A model generated the notes under the pieces. It saw only the letters and a list, made by a program, of their open reading frames with translations. It was not told the DNA's origin and did no database searches. Position numbers and translations under genes: made by a program. Below, in pieces: positions 41,601 to 56,600 of a stretch of DNA of 64,000 nt; the stretch's first letter is position 1, and the number at the start of each line of letters is the position of its first letter. The stretch is from the NCBI RefSeq assembly GCF_964355755.1, contig NC_092670.1, positions 38,056,388 to 38,120,387 of the forward strand. Reading direction: 5' to 3'. Source of the DNA: Antedon mediterranea (taxonomy: Eukaryota; Animalia; Echinodermata).

Positions 41601-44600
41601 ACCAGTAGTGCGATGTGCCCAAATATAGTAGTGGTATGCCCAAATATGGTAGTGATACATGACATCATCATGTCCATATATGGGCACATCACATTTTTTT
41701 TATCATCACATAAAGTTTGATAGTGTAGACATAAAGCAGTAATTTTGTGTGTAAATTCAAGGTATCTATACTACAGTAGCCAATGGAGCATGTCTCTAGT
41801 AGTATGGAACCATTTTGTATGTTTATAATCTTGATTAGAATAATTAGATAATTTTTCATAACATAATCCCAGATTTCTCATTTTCCCATTCAATAAAGGA
41901 GAGAAAATACAGCATCCTTCCTAGTTTGGTTTCGTAATATAGATATAGACAAATTATGTAAAGCAGTCTCTGGATAGAAAACTGCAGTAGAAAACATGAT
42001 TGGACTTGGACTAGTGAATAACGCTTGATTGAACTTTGAATCTTGCAAGTGCAGATGGCTAGTTGTAGAATGACATGTATGTGTTGTAAAAGTGAACTCT
42101 GGCATTATTTCAAGGTTACAACTGCTGACAGATATATTCATTCGGGAATAGAAGTTGGCTGCTTCTAAGCATTGTCATACTAAATTAGTTTTATTTTCGA
42201 GCCAGTATGTTATGAATGTTGTTATGAAATTACAGAATTGAAATAACCTTCTTTAGGGATTTGAACCATACACCATGACCAGATGGTATAGCACTGTATG
42301 CTATAATTTTTGCATAAAATATCAAATTTATCCAACTGTGAGACTGAACCTTTAGAGTTTGTAGGATGAGCTAGCATGCTGTTTTCTTGTTTGATATGTA
42401 ATATTTTATTTAGCAAATGATTAATTATAAAACAAGGTCATGTCCCAGTTAATATATCAGTGTGTACTTTGTATTAACTGCTTGCATATTTAATAATCTA
42501 AAGCTCTGTCTACACTATCAAGCTTTATGTGACAAAGCTTTAGGATATAGAACACTCACAAACATAAGACAGGTAAACGATTCTGATAAACATTAATTTA
42601 ATAAACATTAATGCTGGATGTACAGTACATTCATAAGAACAGCCAATTTAGGGGGGTGATTCCACAAATATAAACTTTTATTTTGAAAATAGTAAATTTA
42701 TTATTTTAGACAACTACATTGTTTAAGCAGTGTTTTCCTCGCATTAGAAAATATCTCAGTTTTAAAATCTTAAAATCCAGAGATATCTCTATGTTTGCAT
42801 TCAGAGAGGTATATTACCATAGCAAGGGCAGCTAGCCAGCTCAAATCCAGGGTATTGCATGCAATAGTAATTAGATTTGATGTAGAGGCCTAAATTACTA
42901 TTGATGTTGGTAATGGTGTTTAATCCCTTGTACTTGTGATATGAAATATCCAGGCCTGGAAAAATGGAATAGTTAATGCAATGCTAATTTGATTAGAATT
43001 TATATAAAATTTGAATACTGTACAGTGTACATACATTAATTTTAGTAACATTTAACAATCTGTAGTCTAAATGATAAACAGAGGAAATTTATGTATTAAA
43101 TTAAAGGACTTTACAATTTATTTACCTGAATCCCCAACACAATAATGATATGCCAGCTTTGTGTAGAAATTTAAAAGATGCAATTTGTTTGCTATGTGAT
43201 ATTAATTGTGCTTTTTACACAAAGTAGTAAAAAACATAGTTACATGAACATGATCTCATGGGAGATCCCTGTTAAGCCCTGTCTACACTGTCAAACTAGT
43301 TTGACAAAAAAGTGTGATGTGCCTAAAAATGGTAGTGATATGCCCAAATATGTTATTGTTATGGGATCATCATGTCCATATGGGCATATCATATTTTTTT
43401 ATCACATAAGATTTGATAGTGTAGACAGAGCTTTATGTGGTCCCTAAATGTGTCCCCTTAATAGGTACTGTAGGTCAAGGAACAGAAATACTATTATTTT
43501 CAAACTAAACCAGCATTAGATATCCTAGAAGAAATGTTGATCAATTACGCAATTTGACCCTTATTCACAGGTTTACTAGAATTTAAATAATTTAAAAAAG
43601 TAAATCTTGCATAGCTAAAGCCGAGTGTGTTGGGAATTCATCTGCCATGTTTTAAACATTAGTGTTTTTAACCACATTTTAAGGGCAAATATGTTTTGTT
43701 GCAAATTGACATTTAATGTTCTAAAGAGACGTGGGGATATTTACTGAACTTTGTAACTACAGTAATGTGTGTTCGTTGCAGCAATCTGAAATACAGTACT
43801 AAAAAAATGTTGATGTTTCCATTATAATAAAATAATATTTAATACTGTAGAAAATATTCTTAAAGATTGGCAAATAATTACTACAATATGATATAAAACA
43901 ATCGCGTAATATTTTGAAACCATTTCCAATTAATACAGTAGTTAAAATATGTGCTAATATACGCCTAGTATATTATTGATAAAATTACAGAGATATGTAC
44001 TGTAGTAATTACCACTGAAACATGAAAAGTTATTTCAACAAAACTTGAAACAGGTTTTTTACTAATTTTTTGTAAATACTACTGTTGTCTATTGTTTTGT
44101 AATTCATCACATATTTTGATTTTAAAATACCATAATAATATATTCTACAAAAATATAAGTTTTATACAAAAAAGATAATAGGCCTACAGGTACTGTAATA
44201 AACTAAAGAAATCTATCTCTCCAATGTCAATTATAGACATATGTTAACAAATCTTAACACATGTCAAATCTTCTTCATCAGAGTAAAGAATCCCATATGA
44301 GATCTGCAAACATTTGATTGCTAAAAATACTTTGACATTTATAACATTTGCCCCTGGCCTAGAAAATTATGAAATTATAAAATGTTGTTTACCAACCAAT
44401 TTCATTTAGCATTATCAACCAATTTTAGTAGATTTATTTTTATCTCTTTCATCCAGTCAGATTCTGAATAGACATGCAAGATGATATAGAGCAGAAATCA
44501 GAACCTGAAATACTCTATGTATTTAAAACGATCTGTCTGTTAGCAATGTACTGTATATATAGTTTGAGTAACCTTTCTTCAAGTTTGTACCTTTATTTTT

Positions 44601-47600
44601 TGCAGTTGAAAAACCAAAGCCCATGAGAGCCACCCCACCACCGTCCATCCGCCGCACAAGTTCCCTTGATACAATTACAACGTACTTAGGAGGACATTGG
44701 CCTAGAGAAACTTATCAACCAAACCAAAAACACCAATCAACACAGGTAAATTATATATAATGTTATAATACGTTTTGCATCGCATGCCGTTCAGTAATAG
44801 TTCTATTAGATGGTTCTATTGCATAAATGTTATGCAATGAGATGCTGGTGACCGGTGCTCAATTGAAAACCACACTTTTATGCACTGTCTCCACTCCATG
44901 GCCAAATCAGAATGCTGCCATTTTGAATGGCCTAGCCTTCGGCATTGATTAAAGATGGAAGCGGTGGATTAATTTAATAGAAATGTAATTCCTATGGACA
45001 GTAGGTGTGTTATAAAACACATAATAAATGACTGTATTAATTGAATTCAACTATTAAACTATTAAACATTCATTATTTGGTCTATTCAACATTATAAGTG
45101 GCCGAGTTCTTATGCCACAAACCATATCCACACACCATAGATTTGATGGTGAAGCAAGACATTTCTTGTTTCGGAGAAGTTGGGGGGAGGGGGGTATACT
45201 GTAGACATGCTTTATCTATAAACATTTTAATGTAGAAAAATTACTGCGGAGGAGGAAGAAAGTTAAATATGCACTGTAGGTTGAGCCGATAGAGTACATT
45301 TGCCGACAGTTATTTTAGAGCTTTATTCCATTCATTTGGTACTGAAGTTCCCTTTATTTAGAATTAACATGTTTACACGGACAGGCTTAATTAAATGGAT
45401 TGATCCCAAAGGATGCACAGGATCCACAGGATCCACTCTAATCACTGCCCTGCATTTACTGTGCATGTCAGTACACACTATGGTCAAAAATATTTGGCTT
45501 CAATAACAAGTTTATCTGTGGGCTAAAGCTGCAGAGAACATTTTCGCCAGTGTAGCATAGCAAAAAGCTATACAAAACAACCTTATTATTGCTACACATT
45601 TCTAAAATTGTGTAGCAAAAAATACAATACAAAACTATGTTTCTCGACTTAAAAATCAGTTTAATTAGCAATATTGCTAAACAAAATTTTTAAATGAATT
45701 TAAAAAAGCCTCAAGTATAAAATTATCTATGTACAGTGTACCAAACCCCTTCTCAGTTATTTTTCAAAATCCTAACCTGGTTTTTTTTAATATATAAATT
45801 TATATTTATTAATATATAATATATATTTAATTTTTTGTGTAAAATGTGGTTTTTAGAGTGATCCAACAGTTTTTTTTAAATAGGTTAAAAAAAATGTTAG
45901 ATGTTGATGGGATTAAAGGTTACAATAAAGATATAAGATTTTATGATTAAATTAAAGAACAACTATAATCCTTGATATATTGTTAATATTCAATATCCCA
46001 ACAAAATTAATTTAAAAGAGATGTTGACTAGTAGATAGTACATTGGTTTTAAATACTATGTAAGTAACTTATTATTCTTCATTTGTGATCAACAGCTACA
46101 ATATGGTGTGTATCAAATATGCTGCCTTGAGCAGTCTAGTGTTTTCTTCCAATAGGCATGTTGGGTCTTTGGAACAAGTTATTGATTCGTCTTAATCCTG
46201 TTAGCCCTCTGATCCTGTTTGTCTTTAATAGTTTGCCAAGAATACTTGGAAAGGGTCAAAGGTTGCATCACCATATAAAAATGGTGTTAGAATTGACATT
46301 TACACATTACAAGATTAATATTAAACTCCTGGTTACTATGATCTACTGACTAATAATGGAGTCCAAGTTGAGACTGTTAAGCAATTGAAGCGTTTAGGTG
46401 TAACTATCCAAGATAACCTTAAGTGGGATACACACATTGGTGAGATCGTTAGCAAGGCCAATAAAGCCATGCATATTGTGTCGGTCCTAAAGAGATTTGG
46501 TGCACCAGAAGATCAGTTAATCAAGATTTATAAATCTTTCATACGCCCCATAATTGAATATGCTTGTCCTACCTGGCACTCCTCCCTGACTTCCGAATTA
46601 AGCTGTGACCTCAAATCGATCCAGAAGAGGTTTTTAAGAATTGTACTAGGGAGGAGGTACTATTCGTACACTGCAGCCCTAGAGAAATGTTCTCTTGATA
46701 GGCTCTGTGACCGTCGTCTCCAGCTTGTTCTGAAGTTTGGGAGGAGTGTCCATGAAAAATTTAGTGATATTATCCCCAATACCCGTGCTGAAGCGACAGG
46801 TAGATCTCTCAGAAACGCAAACAAAATATCCCAAATTAAATGTAGAACAGAGAGATTTAAGAAGTCCACACTCCCATTCCTGATTAACAATGACCTCATA
46901 GTGCAATATGAAATTCGTAATTTTGATAGATAGGCCTACGGATGATTTATAATTTTACTCGCAGTTTGTAAATTTGTAATTGTATATTCTTTTTTTTTTT
47001 ATGCATTTATGTATATATATATATATATATATATTTATATTGGATGTTTATGTAAATTTTACTCGTTTTTGATATATTTTTTATGTTAATGTTACTGGAC
47101 GCAATTCAGTTTTGTACTGCCATGTCTTGTTTTAATAAACCAGATTAAAAAAATATTAAAAAAATATTATTGTGTCATGTCCAACTACACATTTTTACTT
47201 AAAGCTTGGTTCCCACTAGAACGTAACGCAACGACGTAAACGCAACGCAAGCGTTTTAACCAATGACAAGCGAAGTTATAGACAGTTAGCAATCACAAGC
47301 GAATAAGCCATCGCTTGTGATTGGTCCATTCACTTGCGTTGCGTTACGTCCTTGTGTTGCGTCGCTAGTAAGAACATATAATTATAATATAAGTACTTGA
47401 TGTCAACTGTATACACACACAGTCAGTCAAACTGGGTGGGAAACATTCAACATGGCCGTCATAGTTCAAATATTGTTTAGTATATAAAATATAAATAAGC
47501 TAAAATAGTAAAATTATATAAGAACTCATGAATTTAGAACACATTTTTGTTAATAAACACAGTGAACTTTTAATAAAAAAATAAATATCTAGCATTTTTG

Positions 47601-50600
47601 CATATATGAGGATTGCTTTAAGAATATGTTATCGCGTTAATACGCTATACATACTTGCGAGCACAGACGCTGTGCGTGACTCCTTGGGGGGCGTATTAGA
47701 ATGCTTGTTCGCAGTCGCCATATTGTGTGGTCTCCCTATCCATGAAGAATCACTTTTTGAACTGTGATAACGATTTAGTATTTTTTATTAGTGAAATCCT
47801 AAAGTGATTATTTGATAATAGATGAAAACATTAAAATGGAGGCTCAATTCTTTATGATAAAAAAAAATCCACTTTATATTATCCAAATTACTGAATGAGT
47901 AACACTTCTTTATTGAATGTAGACAAATACAATATTTAGAATAAACAAAAAGTTTTTTAATTGTATAGAACCTTTATAATTTCTGTGGTAATTATTTTAA
48001 AATGTGACAGTACTACTAGGGGATCACTAAAGAATATTGTGAACCTAATCTATGGATGTCTACTAACCTTTTGGAGTGGGGGAGGGGGGAGGGGTGATTG
48101 GTTCCAAAATGTTGTGATGATATAAAATGTACTACTACAGGCTATAAATAGGCTTTGTGATATGGATATGAAAATGAAATTGAGTGACAACATTAAAAAA
48201 AATGAAAAATTTGCAAAATATGTTGTTCATAATTTTCATCTAAATATAGAACTAATTATTGACATATTACAATATTATTATGTATGCACATAACGAATAA
48301 TGGAAAGCATAATGATAATACAGAAATTTCATTAACTTCAATAGAATCAGAAGTTCAAGTCGCCGGTCAATTACACGTTTGAAAACTTTGTCTTATTGCA
48401 AACACGATTCAATAATTAAGTCATGGAGAAGAGAACCGGCGTAATCATGATTATTTGATGGCGCTATTGTATCGCTCTTTTGTTCTCGATATTGCGTTTA
48501 ATCTAATATTTTAGCCACCTGCATTGTTTAATTGTTTTTAAATTAGGCCAAGGTTACTATTAGTACTAAGATGTCCTGGCAGAGTAATTAATTTCCAAGC
48601 TTTTATAACTGGCAATATAGATTGAACTTGAAATAAGGAAGAAGAAGTTACTAGCAGACCAATGAAGATGTAGTGTGGAAATTATATATTAATTTGTTAT
48701 TCAATTTTTTGAATTATTTATGTGGAACATATCTTCACTATGGTTCAAAATCAGATTGATAGATACAGAATTCCAATTAAGGAGATACCTTTGGGCCCAA
48801 CAAAGTGTTGTTTGAATAGGTGTGTCCCCTGAATATGGATTGGCCATTGTTGAACATATTGCCGCATATTGTTTCAAGGAAGTGTCCTCTCAATAGGGGT
48901 GTCCCCTAAATAATTATGTACCAAAGAATAACCAGGCCCCTCCCCTTTTAGGACTAATGTGCAGTCATATAGTATTACAGGTTGGGTTTATTGAATAGCA
49001 TTTACATGCTATACTGTGTCATTTATGTGAAGTTGTGCACATGTCCATGTGAATACAAGTTCTCCAGGAAAACATAAGAAAATTGGTATGAATAGTTATT
49101 GATTAATTTAATTGTACAATGTACAGCCTGCTTTTAACAATGTTGAAAAAGAGAGAAAGCATATGTGTATTGATTATACGAAAATACAATAGATAATCTA
49201 CTGTAACCTATGACCTAGGTCATGACCGCCTAATACTTGATTAACCATACACCATGATCCTTTTATTGTTGAGCAAAGTGTTAATATCCAATTAATATTC
49301 TTTACAATATTATACATTGGACATTTTTTAAATGAAATATTTTATTTTTGGCTGAGTTCTATATAAACAAAAGATAATGAAATTTAAGTAAAATATTAGA
49401 TTATTCCTCGAATCTAAATCCATATGTCCTGATCAATTTAGGAGGTATTGCAGACTTTTTACACTACCGTATATCCTCGGGTATACTGTATACCGGAGGA
49501 TATATATAAAGTAATCCCACTTCAGGTTTAATCCCACCTCCTACTTTATGTCTGATTTAACAAACAGGCATATATCCCTGATATAGTCCCAGTATTGACT
49601 TTTGGTGTGGATGCAAGCCTCTCTAGCTAGTTCGGATGCGTTTTTACTAGAATTACAATCATTCTTTTCCTGAACCAGGGTTTCCCCGGGTATGGCCCCA
49701 CCCCACAAAGTTGTCCCAATTTTGTGTTCTAGGTGGGTGGGATTATACAAGAGGATACGGTATTAGTATTGTGTTATGAGGTACCATGTAAAAACTAAGC
49801 ACAAAAACTGTGTGGTGATGGGCATGGTATATATCCTACTGTACTGTATCATCAGTGCAACAGTAAATGCTAAACAATATAAATATCAATCATTTGTCTT
49901 TGGATACAATTTTCTTATTTTATTTTTCATTTGAGTCTGAATTTTGTCTTTTAAATTCATTTAAATTTTATTTGTTTTGTTTTTATTTTCATTTTCAGAC
50001 TGATGATTTAGACAAAAAAGGATCACATAAAAGATCATCATCATGGGGAAGTGCAGAGTTAAAAGAAGTATGTTTTTATTATATTTTTATTATTTTTATT
50101 TTTGTACTTTTATAGGTCAAGACAAAGATCTGACAAGGCATTCATTCATCCATACATTCCTCATATCATGCTATTCCATCTATCGTGCTATTCCATCTAT
50201 CGTGCTATTCCATCTATCGTGCTATTCCATCTATCGTGCTATTCCATCTATCGTGCGCTATTCCATCTATCGTGCGCTATTCCATCTATCGTGCGCTATT
50301 CCATCTATCGTGCGCTATTCCATCTATCGTGCGCTATACCATCTATCGTGCTATTCCATCTATCGTGCTATTCCATCTATCGTGCTATTCCATCTATCGT
50401 GCTATTCCATTTGTGCTAATTTACTACCATCCATGTACATTCATTCATTTTACTACCATCCATGTACATTCATTCATTTTACTACCATCCATGTACATTC
50501 TTTCATTTTACTACCATCCATGTACATTCTTTCATTTTACTACCATCCATGTACATTCATTCATTTTACTACCATCCATGTACATTCTTTCATTTTACTA

Positions 50601-53600
50601 CCATCCATGTACATTCTTTCATTTTACTACCATCCATGTACATTCTTTCATTTTACTACCATCCATGTACATTCATTCATTTTACTACCATCCATGTACA
50701 TTCTTTCATTTTACTACCATCCATGTACATTCATTCATTTTACTACCATCCATGTACATTCATTCATTTTACTACCATCCATGTACATTCATTCATTTTA
50801 CTACCATCCATGTACATTCATTCATTTTACTACCATCCATGTACATTCATTCATTTTACTACCATCCATGTACATTCATTCATTTTACTACCATCCATGT
50901 ACATTCATTCATTTTACTACCATCCATGTTCATTCATTTTACTACCATCCATGTACATTCATTCATTTTACTACCATCCATGTACATTCATTCATTTCAC
51001 TACCATCCATGTACATTCTTTCATTTCACTACCATCCATGTACATTCTTTCATTTTACTACCATCCATGTACATTCATTCATTTTACTACCATCCATGTA
51101 CATTCATTCATTTTACTACCATCCATGTACATTCATTCATTTTACTACCATCCATGTACATTCATTCATTTTACTACCATCCATGTACATTCATTCATTT
51201 TACTACCATCCATGTACATTCATTCATTTTACTACCATCCATGTACATTCTTTCATTTTACCACCATCCATGTACATTCTTTCATTTTACCACCATCCAT
51301 GTACATTCTTTCATTTTACCACCATCCATGTACATTCATTCATTTTACTACCATCCATGTACATTCATTCATTTTACTACCATCCATGTACATTCATTCA
51401 TTTTACTACCATCCATGTACGTTCATTCATTTTACTACCATCCATGTACATTCTTTCATTTTACCACCATCCATGTACATTCTTTCATTTTACTACCATC
51501 CATGTACATTCATTCATTTTACTACCATCCATGTACATTCATTCATTCATTTTACTACCATCCATGTACATTCATTCATTTTTCTACCATTCATTTAATC
51601 TTAAACCATCCATGTTCATTCATTCTTTTACAATTCCATTCATTTTATTTCATCACTTACTAGATTACAATATTATTTATTCAGTGTCTACCATTACTTT
51701 CTATTTTTACTTATTTTTCATGCTGCTGCTCTAGCCCGCTACGTCACACGAGATGACTCATTCATTAGATGAAATCAAGCAGCTTTATAGTACTACACTT
51801 TGACATTTTTGTTAAAATGGAAACTCCACTATAATTTATTGGTACCACCTGTTGAATCCAAAAACGGCTGAGAAAAGAGTCTAACAACAAATCCCAAAGC
51901 CTTCTGGTATTTATGAGTCCCATGATATAATTCGCTGTCAGATAATCATTGAATTATTATCAAAACAGTCCATTGAAGTTTTTGTTTGTAATAGGATACT
52001 TGAAGTATCTAGGGTTGATGAAGTGACCCCCAGACTTGACCTTAGCAATAACAATAAGCGAGCAGCGTTTTTTGTAAGAAATATTCTTGTTTACTTTATT
52101 TTTCAAGACTATACTTTTATAATATATTAATCACAACTTTGTATAAAAACATATTTTATGAAAAATCAGCAAATCTTGACTCAACGTTATTCTATAGTGA
52201 CTAATAATTGAATCTTTTTGACACAAACTCACTAAAATATGATGATGTTCGATGTTACCTCCTGAGCTTAAGTTGATCAAATATATTTTACGGTTGACGT
52301 AAACATAAATCCATACAGTAAGCTTGTACGAGTCTAGAATGAAATGTTAATTTCTTACTCACTATTACTTACACAATGCACATTTCTATGATTTCATTCT
52401 AAATTATCGAAAGCTTTTTTATTTTATTTTAGAGTATGTTTTGAACTGTATTATTATACTATCAATTTTCTACTAAAAACATGATTTATGATTTTAAAAA
52501 TGTCTTTGTTGCTATTTTATATGTATTCTGAAAATGAAACTTTTTTGGTAGGCTTTTGGCTGTATGGGGAGCCATACACCTGCTTACACATACAATATGT
52601 GTATGGAATATGTGTATGGGAAGCCATACACATACAAATTATGTGTATGGGAGCCATACACATACAAATTATGTGTATGGGGAGCCATACACATACAAAT
52701 TATGTGTATGGCTCCCCATACACATACAAATTATGTGTATGGGAGCCATACACATACAAATTATGTGTATGGGGAGCCATACACATACAATTTATGTGTA
52801 TGAGGAGCACACATACAAATTATGTGTATGGGGAGCCATACACATACAAATTATGTGTATGGGGAGCCTCTAGAAAATTGAGAAAATAAACCCTATGTGG
52901 AAGGCTCAAATGAATTAAGCATTCTATGTATTTATTATGTGTTGTCCAAAGCAACTGCTTGAGTTTTAAAAATGATTATGGTAGCCATTTTACTAAGGGA
53001 TCATGTCGGCATTTTTAGTACAGTTACTGCAGTAATTACATTTTTACTGCTTTAATGTTGTTCACTGTAATTAAAAAATGTATATTATTATAGGCCAAAC
53101 AATTTAGCTAAATAATTTCATAAAAGGGCAAAGAGTTTAAAGCAAAATATAGTTACTGCAGTAACTGCAATAGAATAATTGTGACATAGTCCATTACTAT
53201 GAGTAATGATTTTGATCTTTGCAGAAATTAAAACAACAAAGAAGGAAAGTTAGTCGCAACAGTCCAAGTTCTAATAGCCGTGCCTCGCCAATCCCAGCTA
53301 ACCATTCTGCGGGTCAGAACTCTAATTCTCAGAGCCGTTCCATTGCAATCCCGGTGCCACGGACTCAAGCAGTGCGAATGCGCGGCAGCAGCAGTGTAGA
53401 AGGTTTAAATCAAGAGATAGAAACGCTTGTATTAAATGGCGTGGAAGAAGACATTGGAAAGGTATGTATTGTACAACCAGTGATGTGCCCAAATATGGTA
53501 GTAATATGTCCAAATATGGTAATTATATGCCCAAATATGGTAATGATATGACATATCCATATATGGGCACATCACATTTTGTGTCACATAAAGGTTTGAT

Positions 53601-56600
53601 AGTGTAGACAGAGCTTTAGTCTGACTTATTATAATACAAGTATTCTTTAGTTCAATATATTAGTCGGGCCTTAAGGCCATAGACGAGCGGTAAGCTTGTC
53701 TTGTGTAGAATCTGTATCTATCCTATGCGGAAACTGCCCATCCGCTCAGGCCTACAAACATTTTTGGTAGGTTTATGTAATACAGTATAAAAGATATTTG
53801 TCTTACCATTAAAATATTTATTGTGTGATTATATTTTTATAGTTCTAAGAGTAGATCTCAAATGTTACACATCTAAGCAATCAATATACAGTATCTGTAT
53901 ACATTTTATTTTATAAATTCATTTTAAAATTATGTTTCAACATATGCAGCCTGTTCTTCTTTGTACTGTGAGTGTAATATTAAGATTGCATTCTGTATGA
54001 TATATCATTCTATTTATAAATTAGGTCAGAGAATCCAATTATGAAATTGGCGCTGTACTGGCCGACTTTTCTAAAGTTTTGACACTAAATCAATTGCACG
54101 TTTTGGCACCGTTCTTTTACGTTTATTACATCGGGAGAACTGAATTCTGAAAAGGTTATAATGGTATTCAGATTAACCATAACAAAATATCAACATTTGC
54201 TACGAAACAGTTACTCACGCTGACAAACAAATTAGTTAATTGAAATAAACTAATCAAAAGTATCACACAAAGGTGAAATTAAAATGTATTCATAAATATA
54301 TGAAATTGAATTTAATCGATATTACAAAATAATTTCTAAAGTTAGCAAATTTAATAGCGATGTTGTTATATCAAATATCTTAAAAATGTACAATAAAAAA
54401 GATTTACTGTTGATGTTATGAAATATTCTGACCATGCTATACTAGCAGTTGAGATGGCTTATTGCCTACAATACTGTATAAACAGTAAACACATGTGTAC
54501 CATTACTGACTGACATGCAGGAAAGCCCAATTGTGGTATTTTGACTATTTTCTGAGGTAGGTAAAGCCAATTTCAGCATCAACATATCTGAGAATAATTT
54601 CCCTCTTGGTTGAAGTACATATCTGTGTATGTCTTTGTATGCCTACTACCAGCACCAGTAACAAAATGTCATAAATATTTGTCATCATGTCATATTTCGA
54701 GAAAATTTAAAACTAAGTTCCGCTGCTCGCTCATTGCTTTTTATTTAATGAGCTTAATAAATCATCCGTGTAAATGCAAGTGTGGAAAATACCAGGCAAG
54801 TACTAGCCTGTCCTTCGATGTGATCAGATGGTCGTAACACACTAGTTTAGGCAACTTTTCAATACTGTTATCATTAAAATGGTTTTTTTTTATCACGATC
54901 TGTGAATTAATTTTGGCCAAAAATGTATGAGATCAGATGGTCATTGGACTGTCAAACTAATCAAGTATGTGGCTAAACTTTCAATATTGTATTTTAAGGA
55001 TTGTTTTTCTATCATGAAATTTAACATATCGCTAGCTTTTCAGACATGATACTCATCTAATGTCAATTACAAAGTCATCTAGCTTTGATATATAAACCGA
55101 AATCCGTCAGATGAGCTACACTAATGAATGAGTCATCCGCTTGCGTTACTTAGAATGAATCTGAGGAACGTGGGCATTCTACAGACGTGCACGATCATGT
55201 TAAAGATAAACTCAATCAAATAAATTGACAAGTATTTCTGAGATGTGCGGTAAATGAAATATATTTGTCTTGTTAAAGTGCAAATTATATCAGAAATATT
55301 GAAATGTTTTTTAGTGCAGTGCTATAGATACAACACATTGATACAAGAAAATTCAAGAATCATTGGTTGGAACAAAAATACATGTAAAAACCTAAAAATC
55401 TAAATGATACATTACATTTTGCAGCAGAAATATATGTCAGCTACAATTACACTTTATGATTACAATAAATGATTTCCTTACTAGAACAATAAATTACAAA
55501 TGTACTGATTTTCATCATCGATGTACATTAGAAACATGTCTTATTGTGCGGCCTTCCATACAACCAGCATAATCTAAATCCTACGCTAAGAAGCCATATT
55601 GTAATCGTGCCTCTTGATGTAGTACAGTGCTGTATCTCCACTTTATCTAGTATTTTTCAAGACTAAGACAACCTACTGTATGATACATGTATCACATGTG
55701 ATACATATGTTACACTGTATTATAGAATTTGCTTTTGATACTGGACAAAGAATAGAATTTAAGTATTTTTCCACAATAATTAAGGAATATTACAGCATAA
55801 TCTATTTTTAGAATTACATATAGTCATTTAACCTTTTGTCAATCAGAATGATGTATATCATTATGCAGAATATGAGCTTTCTTTACATACAAGAATTGTG
55901 TTTTGTCGCGCCAACGTTTTGATTAATTGAAGTTGACTATTTCTTTTCATTAGTAATATTGTCTTGACAAACAAAAATTTCAGCTCAGTGACCTTCAAAA
56001 TAATGACGTTATTATGTGATATTTATATTACATAGAAATTATATGCATAGATATTAATTTTAGAATTTATATTTTAAAAGCATTGTCATTTTTTCAGTAA
56101 TTTGCCTTTGGATTTAAAAATCTATATTTTGTATTTATTTCTAATTGATTCTTGTGTGGTTAGATTATACAGTAGTGTTAAAGTAATAAATGTTCATACT
56201 TATAATATTAATAAGTTTGTTTGCCTAAAGATGATAAATTTGTAATATTCATGTTTCTTTTGATTGTTTAAAAACACTGAGGAATAAATAATGGAGTTGT
56301 CAATAGGAAATCTGCTCAACTCTTAACACAAGAAAAACGGGACAGACTCACGCCTTCTCACATCCCACGCCAATTCCTCAGTATGGGTCTCTAGCATTAG
56401 CATGAATGGGCCTCTAGCATTAGCCCAAAACGTTGAACTCTATCGCTTAAGCCACACAACTGATACTCGCAACATTCGAGCCAGGTATCTTTCGATTCTC
56501 TTTCGGCTATGTTTCTTGGACAGATTTCTTTGCACGGCCGGAAATTACATTCAAGAAATTTAAACCATTTTCTCTGTGTCTTAGAAAGGTCACCACAAAT

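Noticed and set aside
50043-51734. Long ORFs of 563, 492 and 378 aa (His/Phe/Tyr-rich)
   Set aside because: Translations of the 17/19-bp and 29-bp minisatellites; open in all three frames, inside an intron, with no domain.
52488-52889. Repetitive ORFs and a CRISPR-like look (palindromic ~30-bp repeats)
   Set aside because: Head-to-tail minisatellite with no unique spacers and no cas genes, in a eukaryotic intron.
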